A stretch of 64,000 nucleotides of DNA from an uncultured Oscillospiraceae bacterium (GTDB lineage: Bacteria > Bacillota > Clostridia > Christensenellales > CAG-138). Every line of letters starts with the position of its first letter. Position 1 is the stretch's first letter. A model generated the notes under the pieces. The model made no database searches, had not been told where the DNA came from, and saw only the letters and a program-made list of their open reading frames with translations. This document shows, piece by piece, positions 25,858 to 36,100 of the stretch. The stretch covers positions 20,496 to 84,495 of the forward strand of contig CAZBVC010000005.1 in the NCBI GenBank assembly GCA_964495255.1, given 5' to 3'. The translations under genes were made by a program, and so were the position numbers.

Positions 25858-27810
25858 GTGGCAGATCGTGCTTTGCGTTACCTGCGTCAACTGGCGCGCG
25901 AGTATCCGACCATTCAAGCGGCGAGCGCCGAAATCATCAACCTGACGGCGATTCTGAACCTGCCCAAGGGCACGGAACACTTCATGAGCGATATTCATGG
26001 GGAAAGCGAGGCGTTCCGACATATCATCAACAACGGGTCGGGCGCGGTTGCGGACAAGGTGATGCAGGCGCTTGGCGATTCGCTGACCGCCTCCGAGCGA
26101 AAGGCGCTCTGCGCGCTGATTTACTATCCGCGGCAAAAGCTCGCCGAGGCGCGCGCAAACGAAAGCGACCTGTCCGACTGGTATCGCGTTACGCTTTTAC
26201 GGCTCATCGCGGTTTCCCGCGTGTCGGCGTCCAAGTATTCCCGCTCAAAGGTGCGCAAGGCGCTGCCGCGCGAATTCGCGTATATTTTCGAAGAGCTGCT
26301 CAATACGGGCGATGCGAACGGTAAGAAGGAGCTTTATTACAGCAACATCATCGACGCGGTCATCAAAACGGGCTGTTGCGACGATTTTGTCATCGCGTTT
26401 GCAACGCTCATTAAGCGCATGACCGTCGATCAGCTTCATATTCTCGGCGATATATTCGACCGCGGCCCGCATGCGGACGAAATCTTGGATCAGCTCATGC
26501 TGCATCACAACGTCGATATCCAATGGGGCAATCACGACGTTTTGTGGCTCGGCGCGGCGGCGGGAAGCCGGGTTTGCGTCGCCACGGCGGTTAAGAACTG
26601 TCTGCTGTACGATAATTTGGATATGCTGGAAAACGGATACGGCATCAACCTGCTGCCGCTTGCGCGGTTTGCGACGGAGCGATACGAGGATTCCGAGGTG
26701 TTCGCGCCGCGCTCTTTGCCGGACGAACCGTTCAAAACGCGCGACACGGGTCTCTACTCCCGCATGCACAAGGCGATGAGCGTCATCATGTTCAAACTGG
26801 AGGGGCAGATCGTTCATCGCCGCGCCTGCTACGATATGATCGATCGCGACATGCTCGCCCGCGTGGATTGGGCAAAGGGCACGATTTTGATCGACGGAAA
26901 AGAATACCCCCTGCGCGAAACGGATTTTCCGACCATCGACCCCGCCGCGCCGAACGTGCTGACCCCCGAGGAGGAAGGGCTCATTCGCCAGCTTACGACC
27001 GCCTTTATGCATAGCGAGAAGCTGCAATCTCACGCGCGCTTCCTCTGCCGCGTGGGCTCGGTTTACCGCTGCTGCAACGGCAATTTGCTCTATCACGGCA
27101 GCGTTCCGTGCGACTTTGCGGGCGAGTTTTTAACGTTCACGATGAGCGGGAAGAAGCTTGCGGGCAAGTCGTTTTTCGATTATGCCGACCGTACCGCGCG
27201 GCAGGCGCTGTTTGCGGGCGAGGGCACGCGGGAACGGGAAGCGGCGCGCGACTTTCTTTGGTTTTTGTGGTGCGGGCGCAATTCGCCCGTGTTCGGGCGC
27301 GACCATATCGCAACGTTCGAGCGCGCGCTTCTTTCGGATAAAGAGACTTGGAAGGAGCCGAAGAATCCCTATTACGAGCATTGCAACGAGGAAGCGTTCT
27401 GCATGAGGCTCCTTTCGGAATTCGGCATGGATAAGCCATGGAGCCGCATCGTCAACGGGCATATTCCCGTCAAGGCGCGCGAGGGCGAGAGCCCGCTTAA
27501 AGCCAACGGCAAGCTCATCATGATCGACGGCGGCTTCTGCAAAGCGTATCAAAGCCAAACGGGCATCGCGGGCTATACGATGTTTTTCAATTCCAGCGGC
27601 ATCTACATCGCCGCGCACGAGCCGTTTTCGGGCACGGCGGACGCTGTGGAAAACGGGCGCGACATTACCTCGCATACCGTGCGCGTGGAAGCGTTTCCGC
27701 AGCGCGTGATGGTCGCCGATATCGACACGGGCGCGGACATTCGCGAGCGCATCGCGGATTTGTTGCTTTTGCTCGAAGCGTTTCGCGACGGGCGTATCAA
27801 AACACGGTAA
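25858..27810 (+). CDS. fbp: Fructose-1,6-bisphosphatase class 3
   Basis: YLRQLAREYPTIQAASAEIINLTAILNLPKGTEHFMSDIHGE is the family N-terminus. GTG 25858 is preferred (GGAGG RBS 9 nt upstream). The track ORF begins at 25762. Confidence 0.9.
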   Translation: MADRALRYLRQLAREYPTIQAASAEIINLTAILNLPKGTEHFMSDIHGESEAFRHIINNGSGAVADKVMQALGDSLTASERKALCALIYYPRQKLAEARANESDLSDWYRVTLLRLIAVSRVSASKYSRSKVRKALPREFAYIFEELLNTGDANGKKELYYSNIIDAVIKTGCCDDFVIAFATLIKRMTVDQLHILGDIFDRGPHADEILDQLMLHHNVDIQWGNHDVLWLGAAAGSRVCVATAVKNCLLYDNLDMLENGYGINLLPLARFATERYEDSEVFAPRSLPDEPFKTRDTGLYSRMHKAMSVIMFKLEGQIVHRRACYDMIDRDMLARVDWAKGTILIDGKEYPLRETDFPTIDPAAPNVLTPEEEGLIRQLTTAFMHSEKLQSHARFLCRVGSVYRCCNGNLLYHGSVPCDFAGEFLTFTMSGKKLAGKSFFDYADRTARQALFAGEGTREREAARDFLWFLWCGRNSPVFGRDHIATFERALLSDKETWKEPKNPYYEHCNEEAFCMRLLSEFGMDKPWSRIVNGHIPVKAREGESPLKANGKLIMIDGGFCKAYQSQTGIAGYTMFFNSSGIYIAAHEPFSGTADAVENGRDITSHTVRVEAFPQRVMVADIDTGADIRERIADLLLLLEAFRDGRIKTR

Positions 27811-27865
27811 TCAAATCTGCCCGATAAAGCGAAAGTCAGTTTCTGCGAAACGCCGAACGCCGTTT

Positions 27866-28528
27866 TTACGCCGCCACGTTATGCAGAAGCAGAATCGCCG
27901 CGCAGAGCGCATATGTTCCGATCAACATCAGCGCCATACTGATAGCCCATTTGCCGCCTTTGTCGAACCCGTAAAAGTCGTCCCAGCCCTTTTTTTCGAT
28001 CGCGTCGGAGCAGCCGCTCGCATCAACTTTGCCTTCCCCGATAAAAACCACCATAACAAGGTACAGCACGCCGTAGACAAGCGTCGGCAGCAGACCGAGC
28101 AGCGTCCGCGCCCATGGAAGCGGCGCGCTTTTTTCCAAAAAACAGAACGAAACGACGGCGAGCAGCGGCCCGATCAGGTGCAGAAACAGTCCTTCGTTTG
28201 CGAACATGACCCCATAACCGGAGGACGGCCCCAGAAAAACCACGACCGTCAGAAACGTGACCGCAACCGCGACGGTTCCGACATACTTGATCAAAGCGGC
28301 CCAATCGGGAAGCGCCGCGCCGCCGTGCGACAGGAGCAAAGCGTCGCAAACGACGATTGTCAGCGCCGCCGCGCCCGAAAGCAGGTTGGAAAGCGTCGTG
28401 AAATAGCGAAAGGCGTGCGCGCCGCTTCCGACGTCCTTTTTGTTTCGGCGCACGGTCTGCACAACGGCGACGGTCGTCCAACAGGCGATAACGGCGTTGC
28501 AGAGCAGCGAAAGAATGATTTTGACCAT
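27866..28528 (-). CDS. Integral membrane protein (possibly Pr6Pr/AIG1-like family)
   Basis: Track ORF 27866..29296 trimmed to ATG 28528 (AAGGAGGG RBS), 220 aa. About 6 TM segments and an FRYFTTLSNLL motif. Confidence 0.6.
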   Translation of the reverse strand: MVKIILSLLCNAVIACWTTVAVVQTVRRNKKDVGSGAHAFRYFTTLSNLLSGAAALTIVVCDALLLSHGGAALPDWAALIKYVGTVAVAVTFLTVVVFLGPSSGYGVMFANEGLFLHLIGPLLAVVSFCFLEKSAPLPWARTLLGLLPTLVYGVLYLVMVVFIGEGKVDASGCSDAIEKKGWDDFYGFDKGGKWAISMALMLIGTYALCAAILLLHNVAA

Positions 28529-28684
28529 GATACCCTCCTTGATGCGGAACTGCCGATTTTCTCTATTGTAACATGTTTTTCGCCGCAAATTTCCTTTTTT
28601 CGCGGCGAACGCCATTTGGTTATCAATCGATTTGCCCGATGTGGTATAATCGTCACGGCGCAACGCGCATAGGGGGAGAAACGC

Positions 28685-29392
28685 ATGTATCAATACTTGT
28701 TGTGGGACGTTGACGGTACGATTCTTGATTTTTTGGCGGCGGAAGCATACGCGATCCGCACGCTGTTTGGAAAGTTCGGGCTCGGCGTTTGCACCGATGA
28801 AATGGTGCGCGCCTATTCGCAGATCAACGTAGAATTCTGGCAAGCGCTCGAACGAAACGAAATGACCAAGACGGAGATTCTGGTTGGCAGATTTCGCGCG
28901 TTTTTCGAGCGATACGGTATCGACCCGACGCTGGCGGAGCCCTTCAACCATGCTTATCAAACCGCGTTGGGCGACCATATCGTGTTCATCAGGGATGCGG
29001 AGGAGACGCTGCGCGCCGAAAAAGGACGGTATACGCTCGCCGCCGTGACCAACGGAACCAAGGTAGCACAGACCAAGAAACTTGCGCGGTCGGGGCTGGA
29101 TCAAATCTTCGACGCGGTGTTTATCTCCGAGGACGTCGGCTTTGAAAAGCCCAATGCGGCGTATTTCGAGACGGTTTTTCGCAACCTGGGCGTTACGGAT
29201 AAGCGCAGCGTCCTTCTGATCGGGGACTCGCTCACCGGCGATATGCGGGGCGCCGCGAATATGGGGATAGACGCCTGCTGGTTCAACCCGAACCACGCCG
29301 TCAACGCGCCGAACGTGCCGATCACCTACGAGATCGACGATTTAAGCAAGCTCGCGGCGATTTTGGAGCGTGACGCCGCGCGCACGTCTTAA
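28685..29392 (+). CDS. HAD-IA hydrolase, YjjG-like nucleotidase family
   Basis: Motif I DVDGT at residues 8-12, TNG (motif II), and GDSLTGDMRGAANMG (motif IV region). Confidence 0.8.
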   Translation: MYQYLLWDVDGTILDFLAAEAYAIRTLFGKFGLGVCTDEMVRAYSQINVEFWQALERNEMTKTEILVGRFRAFFERYGIDPTLAEPFNHAYQTALGDHIVFIRDAEETLRAEKGRYTLAAVTNGTKVAQTKKLARSGLDQIFDAVFISEDVGFEKPNAAYFETVFRNLGVTDKRSVLLIGDSLTGDMRGAANMGIDACWFNPNHAVNAPNVPITYEIDDLSKLAAILERDAARTS

Positions 29393-29418
29393 CGCGCGGT
29401 ATGTCAAACAAACCCAAA

Positions 29419-29446
29419 CAGCGTGCTTGATGAATCGAACACGCTG
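29419..29446. terminator. Hairpin terminator shared by convergent genes
   Basis: CAGCGTG-14 nt-CACGCTG, followed by ccttttctcgtctttt on the plus strand and tttgggtttgttt on the minus strand. Confidence 0.55.
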
Positions 29447-29481
29447 CCTTTTCTCGTCTTTTCGCGGTAAGAAACGACCTC

Positions 29482-32400
29482 CTACGGCGTGACGGTGATC
29501 GCGATCGTCTGCGTTGCGCCGCCGTCCTTGGACGCGCAGGTGAGGAGGATCGTCTTTTCGGCGGTTACGCGCTTTGTCGTGACGACGCCATAGCTCGATA
29601 CGCTCGCGTAGGGCAGATCCTGCGGACGCAAAGACCAGGTTACTGTTTTTGACGTTGCGTTCGCGGGCGCAAGCGAAGCGCGGATCGTGAGCTGCTTTCC
29701 GCCCGTTACCGTTGACAGACCGGTTGCGGACGTAAGCGTTATGTCGCTGACCTTTCGCACGATCGATATCTTCGTCGTTATGCTTTTCCCGCTGCCGTCC
29801 GACGCCTTTGCCGTAATCGTCACCGTACCCGTGCGATAGTTGCCGTAGCGGTCGAGTTGCGCCGTCACCACGCCGTTTGCGTCCACAACGGCGATTGTGC
29901 TGCTGCTGCTCGACCAAAGCCATGCTTGCAGCGCGGTTGTCGGCAGGCTTTGCGCCGCGAGCGCGAGCGTCGTTTCGTTCGCCGTGAGGTTCAGCGTGAG
30001 CGTTTTTCCGCTGACGTTTGCGCCGCCCGCCGTGATCTGTACTGCCGTCGTTGACGGCAGGATCGTGATCGCCTGCGTCGCGGTGAGCGCCTTATTGTCG
30101 TCGGATACGACCGTTACCGTCACCTGCCGCGGCGCCGTTACCGCTTTTGCCGTCAGCACGCCCGCCGCGCTGATCGACGCATACGGCGCGTCGCCCGTAT
30201 GTAAGCGCCACGCGACCTTTTGGTTCGTCGGGAGATAACTCCCGAAGTTGGGCAGCAGCGTCAGCTGTCCGCCGCCGCGCGTCGTGAACGTGTTTGTTTT
30301 GGAGCGAATGCCGATTTCCTTTGCGTGCGCGAGCACCGTTACCTTGAAGCTCGCCGCTTTGCCGCTGCCGTCCTTCGCCTTGGCGGTGATCGTTACCGTA
30401 CCCGCTTTGACAAGGTGCAGCGTTCCGTCCTGTTCCATATAGGCCGCGCCGCTCGTGCTCGTCGGGCTCCAAACAACGGCGGGGTTCGCATCGGACGGAT
30501 AGATCGCGGTTTCGAGCGAAACGGTGGGGGAGTCGTTTTTGTCGATGACCAAAGTCGTATTCTCGATCGGTTGACCGCTGCGCGTAACGGACAGGTTCTC
30601 GGCGATCGGGTATATCGTTACGTCCATGGTTCCGAATTTGCCGCTGCCGTCCTTCGCGGTGGCATACACGGTGATTGTGACGGGTGTCGTGACGGCTTTC
30701 TTTGCCGTGAGAACGCCTGTTGCGCTGATTGACGCGACCGACGCGTCGGACAGCTCCCATTTCACCGACTTGCTCGTCGCGTCGGCGGGCAGCACAGCCG
30801 CCTTGAACGTCAGCGTTTTGCCCGCGGATACCGCGCTGCCGCCCGACAGCGTTACGCTCTGCGCCATGGTCACGATTTTGAGCGTGATCGTCGCCGTGCG
30901 CCCGCTCGATGTTGCCGTAATCGTGACCGAGCCGTTCCGTTTCAACGTTACAAGCCCGTTTGCGTCAACCGCAGCGTAGACCGAGCTGCTTGATTTCCAT
31001 GTTGCGGCCGCGTTTTCGGCGGAACCGAGCATGCGTGCGGAAAGCTGCACGGCGCCTTCGCTGCGCGCGTGAACGAGCGTTTTCTTCGTTACGATCGAGC
31101 CAAGGTCGTCCAGTATGTTGAGCAGCGTGTCGCTGGCGGGCAGAATGCGAACGTCATAGTTCGCGTACGCGCCGCCGTTGTCCGCCGCTTTCGCGAGAAT
31201 CGTCACCGTGTGCGGCTCGTATACGGTCTTTGCCGTAACTCTGCCCGCGCTCGATACGCTCGCGAACGCCGCGTCGGTCGGGTCGGATAAGCTCCATTGG
31301 ATCGTTTTGTTCGTCGGCATATTGGTGTATGCGGTTTTGAGTTGCAGATACTTGCCCGAGCGAATCGCGTTTAGACTCGGATCGTTCGTAATCGTCAGCC
31401 CCGTCATGAGCGTGCCGATGACGAGCGTCGTCGATGCGGATTGACCGCTGCCGTCCTTCGCCGTCGCCGTGATCGTGACCTTGCCCGCTTTTTTCGGCGT
31501 AACGACGCCGCTTTGATCCACCGTTGCGATCAGCGAGCTGCTCGTTTTCCAGGTTACGGTTTGGAAGGCGTCGGCGGGCTGCGCTTCGGCGGCAAGCGAG
31601 ATTGACGCCGTGCCGAGCGCGACGGGGTGGGTAACGCCGCTCCACAGCGCGCCTGCGCTGCGAATAACCAGCCGTTGAACCGTCGGGCGCAGCGTGATTT
31701 CAACGCTGTCGCTTGCCGTCGGGTTTGCCTTGACCGTTGCCGTAACCGTGATCGTTGTGCTTTCGGGCACGGCGCGCGTGGCGAGCTTACCCGTGCTCGA
31801 AATCGACGCGTAAGGCAGGGCGTTTTCGCTCAGGCTCCAAACAAGCGTTTTATCCGTCAAGGCGGCGTTGGTCGTTACGTCGTTTGTCAGTTGCAGACTC
31901 GCGCCGCCGCGCAGCTCGGTCGTTGCAGCGGCGATGTTCACTGCCTGCGCGAGCTTTGCAAATTGCAGCTTGACCGTCGCGGTCTTGTTGCTGCCGTCTT
32001 TCGCCTTTGCCGTCAGCGTAACCGTGCCCGCCTTGCCCTTGAAGCCGCTTATCGTAATCGTGCCGTCGCCGTGATCGGTGCATGTCGCATACGCGTTTGA
32101 AAGGTCGCTGTCCGTCCAAACGCAGGCTTGCGCCGCATCGGCGGGGTACAGCTCCGCATCGAGCGTCAGCTCCGTTACGTTTGGGTCGTTCAGGTCGAGG
32201 CATATGGTTTTGCCCGTTTCGTAAGCCTCGCCGCGCTTGATGGATAGGCTGTCAACGAGCGGTACGATCGTGATCTCGTGCTCGGCGCTTTCGCAGTTGC
32301 CGTCCTTTGCGATCGCCTTAACGCGAACCACGGTCTCCTGCGTGACCGCCTTCGCCGTGAGCAATCCCGTGCTCGAAAGCGCGGCGCAGGAGGTGTATTC

Positions 32401-33125
32401 GCCGTCCATATACCACGTTACGCCGAGGTTGTTCGGCGCGTCGCCCGTAAACGACGCCGTGAGCTGCGTCTTTTTGCCCGACGTGAGCTTTCCGCCCGCG
32501 CCGAGCGCGTCGCCGACAGTGAGCCCCTGCGAGAGCTTGACCACGTTGATTTTGACCGTCGCGGTCTTGTTGGAGCCGTCGGTGGTCGCAGCGGTTATAT
32601 TCGCCGTTCCGGTGCGGAGCGCGATGAAACGCAGCTCGCCGAACGTTTGGTCGTAATAGACCGATGCGACGGCGGGGTTGCTCGATACGATCTTAAAATC
32701 GCCATATGTTGCGCTCGGCTGCGTCTCGACGCCCATGATCAGCGCGTGCGCGTTCCCGTCTCCATATGGGATCAGGTTGTCGGCGTCGTTCAGATCGATC
32801 GACATCACGGCGGGCGCGGGCTCGCCGTCTTCGTCGGTAAAGAACACGCGCAGTGCGAGCGGCAGAATGCGAATCACCTTTTTAACCTGCATGGCGCTGA
32901 CACTCGGCGCAGAGCCGACAACGACGATGCTCTGTTCCTCCGTTACCGCTTTTGCCGTCACGTTGCCCTTCGCGTCGATTGCGGCGTACCGTTCGCCGCC
33001 CGCCTCGATCGTCCATACCGAGGCCGCGTCCGATACGTCCGCGCCCTTGGAGCTCGTTAGCTGCATATGGATCGATTTACCGGCGGTCACATACCAATCT
33101 CCCTGTATGCTCAACGAAACCAAGC
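29482..33125 (-). repeat. C-terminal array of roughly 13-14 diverged Big_2-type Ig-like domain repeats (protein-level repeat)
   Basis: Units of about 90 aa recur from ...GLVSLSIQGDWYVTAGKSIHMQL... to the C-terminus (...TQTIAITVTP). The DNA copies are diverged and not identical. Confidence 0.7.
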
Positions 33126-36100
33126 CGATCGACGCCCCGAAGAGCGGGCCTCCGAACGTCAAATTGCCGTGCTGCCATTCGGTTTCCTGCCCGTCGGGAT
33201 AGCATACGATAAAGTCGTCCGCGTTGCCGTAGAAGGCGTAATCGCCGAGATCCGACGGAGGATTGCCGAGAAAGTTGGCGATTCGCAGCTTGATGCATCC
33301 GTAAAACGCATAATTCTGTATCGAATCGACGTTTCTGCCGAACGTAACCGTTTCGAGCTGACGATAGCCCCGAAACGCGCCTTCCGCAATCGTAACGACG
33401 GGCTTTTGCCTGATCGTATCGGGAATCACGAGGTCGCGTATCGAGCGGTTTGTGCTGCCCGAAATAACGACGCTTTCCCCATCGGCGGACAGGTAATAGA
33501 CGAACCCGCTGTCCTCCGACCAAACGGCATACAGCGTCAGGCTGTCGCCCTCGACGGCGGAGAGATCGCAGGTTTGACCTCCCTGATACAGCGCGGTTTC
33601 CGCATCCTCGCTCGTCGCCCAGCCTTCGAAGATCGAGTTTTCCTTATTCGGCAGCACCGCGCTGAGGCTTGCATTCGCGCGATCCAATACGACTTGATCT
33701 GCGGGAACGGAGTTTGCGCCGTCCGCGCTGTAACGAATCGTCAGGGATGCGCCCACGCCCGTATCTTCAAACGCGGTCAGCGGGTATCCCTTGAAAAGGC
33801 CCGTATTCGTCGGATCCCAGCTTGCCTTTTGGGAGGCGGGATAATAGACGTGAACCGAGCTGCCGTAGGAAAACGTGCTTCCGTCGGAGAACGTGGGCTT
33901 TTCCCCGAGGAAGGTAATCGAAGTAAGTGTGCCGATCGCGAATGCATTGCTGCCGATCGAACGCACCTGCGCGGGGATGACCAAGGACGCGAGCTGCATG
34001 TCGGAGAAAGCATACCAGCCGATCGACGTCAGGCTGTTTGGCAGATTCAGCTCTCGGATATACGGATTGCCCGTAAAGGCATAGTCCGAGATGCTCGTTA
34101 CGCCGTCGGGAACGGTAAACGAGGCGTCCTTTTTGCCGTTCGGATAGGCAAGAAGCGTCGTGCCGCTCTTGTTGTAAAGAACGCCGTCGATCGAGCGGTA
34201 ATTCTCGCTTTCGTCGCTCACGTTGATGCGTTCCAGCGCGCTCATATTGGCGAAAATACCCGAGCCGGATCGGTCGGCGATCATGCGCACGCAGCTCGGA
34301 ATCATGATCGATTTCACGGTGTCGTTGTCAAACGACGGGACGCCCGTAAAGCCGTGTTCCGTGACCGAGCAATCGGGGAAGGTTTCGCAAACGTGGGAAG
34401 AATCGCCGTCATGGAAACAGATATATCGGAAAGAACGCAGAGACGCGACCGTTTTCCCGTTGATTTGGGACGGGATGATCAGCATTTCGCCCGTGCCCGA
34501 ATAGTCGTCGATTACGATCTCGTCGTTCGCAAGCTCGTCCGCGTAGATCTTGTTCCAAATCTCCGTTTTCCCGCTGTAAGTGTGGTAGGACAAGCCGCCG
34601 ATGACGCCCGCGCCCGCTTCCGACACGGTGCGCGACCAAACGGGGGTCAACGCGATGAGATCGCAGCTGCAATAGATCGTGTCGCCCGGCTGATAATCGA
34701 CCTGTCCGTCGTCGTCAAGCGACCAGCCGACAAACGTATAGCCCGCGCGCACGGGCGTAAACGTGTCAAGCGTGACCGTCAGCCCGATCAGCCCTCCCGC
34801 GCTGTTGAAACGGGGATCCCACTCGCCGCTTCCGTCGTCATAGGTTCCGTCCGATTTGATTTGGTCGTACAGAATGGTGCAAAGATAGGGATCCAGCACC
34901 GCGTGCAGCACGAGGTCATGGTTCACGTCGGCCGGAATCGCACCGCCGGGATAATAGATCGTTCCGTCGTCCGTTTCCCAATACAGAAAATCGTGGTATT
35001 GCGAGAAGGGAATCAGGTCGGAAATTATTTGCGCCAAATTATGGTGCTTGAGCCCTGCCGGGGGGACGTTCGTACAACCGGGCGCATCAAAAGAAATGGA
35101 ATAGAAGGGGGATTCGATCGAAAACAGACCGTAGTCAATGCGCTTCCGTTCCGTGGTCATTTCATCCTTCGCATAGATCGTGATTTTGTAAAAGCAGCCC
35201 GACGCAAGGCTGGAAAGATCGACATATTGGTTCAATACGGACTCTATCGAAATCTCGTATCCGTCAACGGCAACGGTTTTCTCGAAGTCAGGGATTTTTA
35301 TGGTGCTGCATTCGATCAGGACAGTTACTTCCTTCACTTTATAGTTGGATTTGATCGTTCCGCTGATGGTGAACGGATCGCCCCAAAGCAGCATTTTACG
35401 AGGCAAAACGATATTTTCACCGCGCAGATCCGTCTGAACGGCTTTGAAAACAAGGTTGTCCGCGTAAACATACAGACCCGCAAGCGAGCCGCTCTTGATC
35501 TTGACCCAGGCGTTTCCCTTGCTGTTTGTAACGGAGCATTCGGTTTCGATGGTATCGCCCGCGAGGATTGTTACGCCGCGCTGCGTCGCAATGTCCGTCG
35601 CCGTGGAAAACGGCTCGGATCGAACGGCGACGCCGTTTCGCTTAAAGGTGTATGCCGTCGTATCGGTCGCGGTTTCGGTCCAAGCATATTCCACGTTGCC
35701 CGAAAAGATATATTTATTTTGAAACGCTTCGCTGCCCGCGATATGGTACCATGTGCTGCCAAGCCTGTTGACCAGCTTATAGTCGAATTTGACCGTTTGA
35801 CCCTTGTGTGTCGTAATGCCGTACTGCGTGGTCAGATTGGTGCTGTTTGTCGAGTAGGGGCGCGACCAAACCGACACGCTGTCCTTGGTGAGCTTATAAA
35901 CGCCGGCGACCGTGCGATCGATGCTTCCCGAATAGTCGTATTCCGCGCCGTCGCTCGACCGGCAGAAGCCGTCCGAGCCATAGTCGTGCACATGGTCGAT
36001 CGACGGGCTGATCCAAACATAGCATTTGTTTTGCGCATATGTCCTGCCGTTGTCGTTAATCCAATCGTTGATGGTCGATATGGAGGCTTCCGCAATGTGA

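Noticed and set aside
29482-33125. Repeated ~270-nt units considered as a mobile or recombination repeat array
   Set aside because: The repeats are diverged at DNA level and correspond to Ig-like (Big_2) protein domains in a single intact ORF. This is a protein-domain array and not a mobile element.
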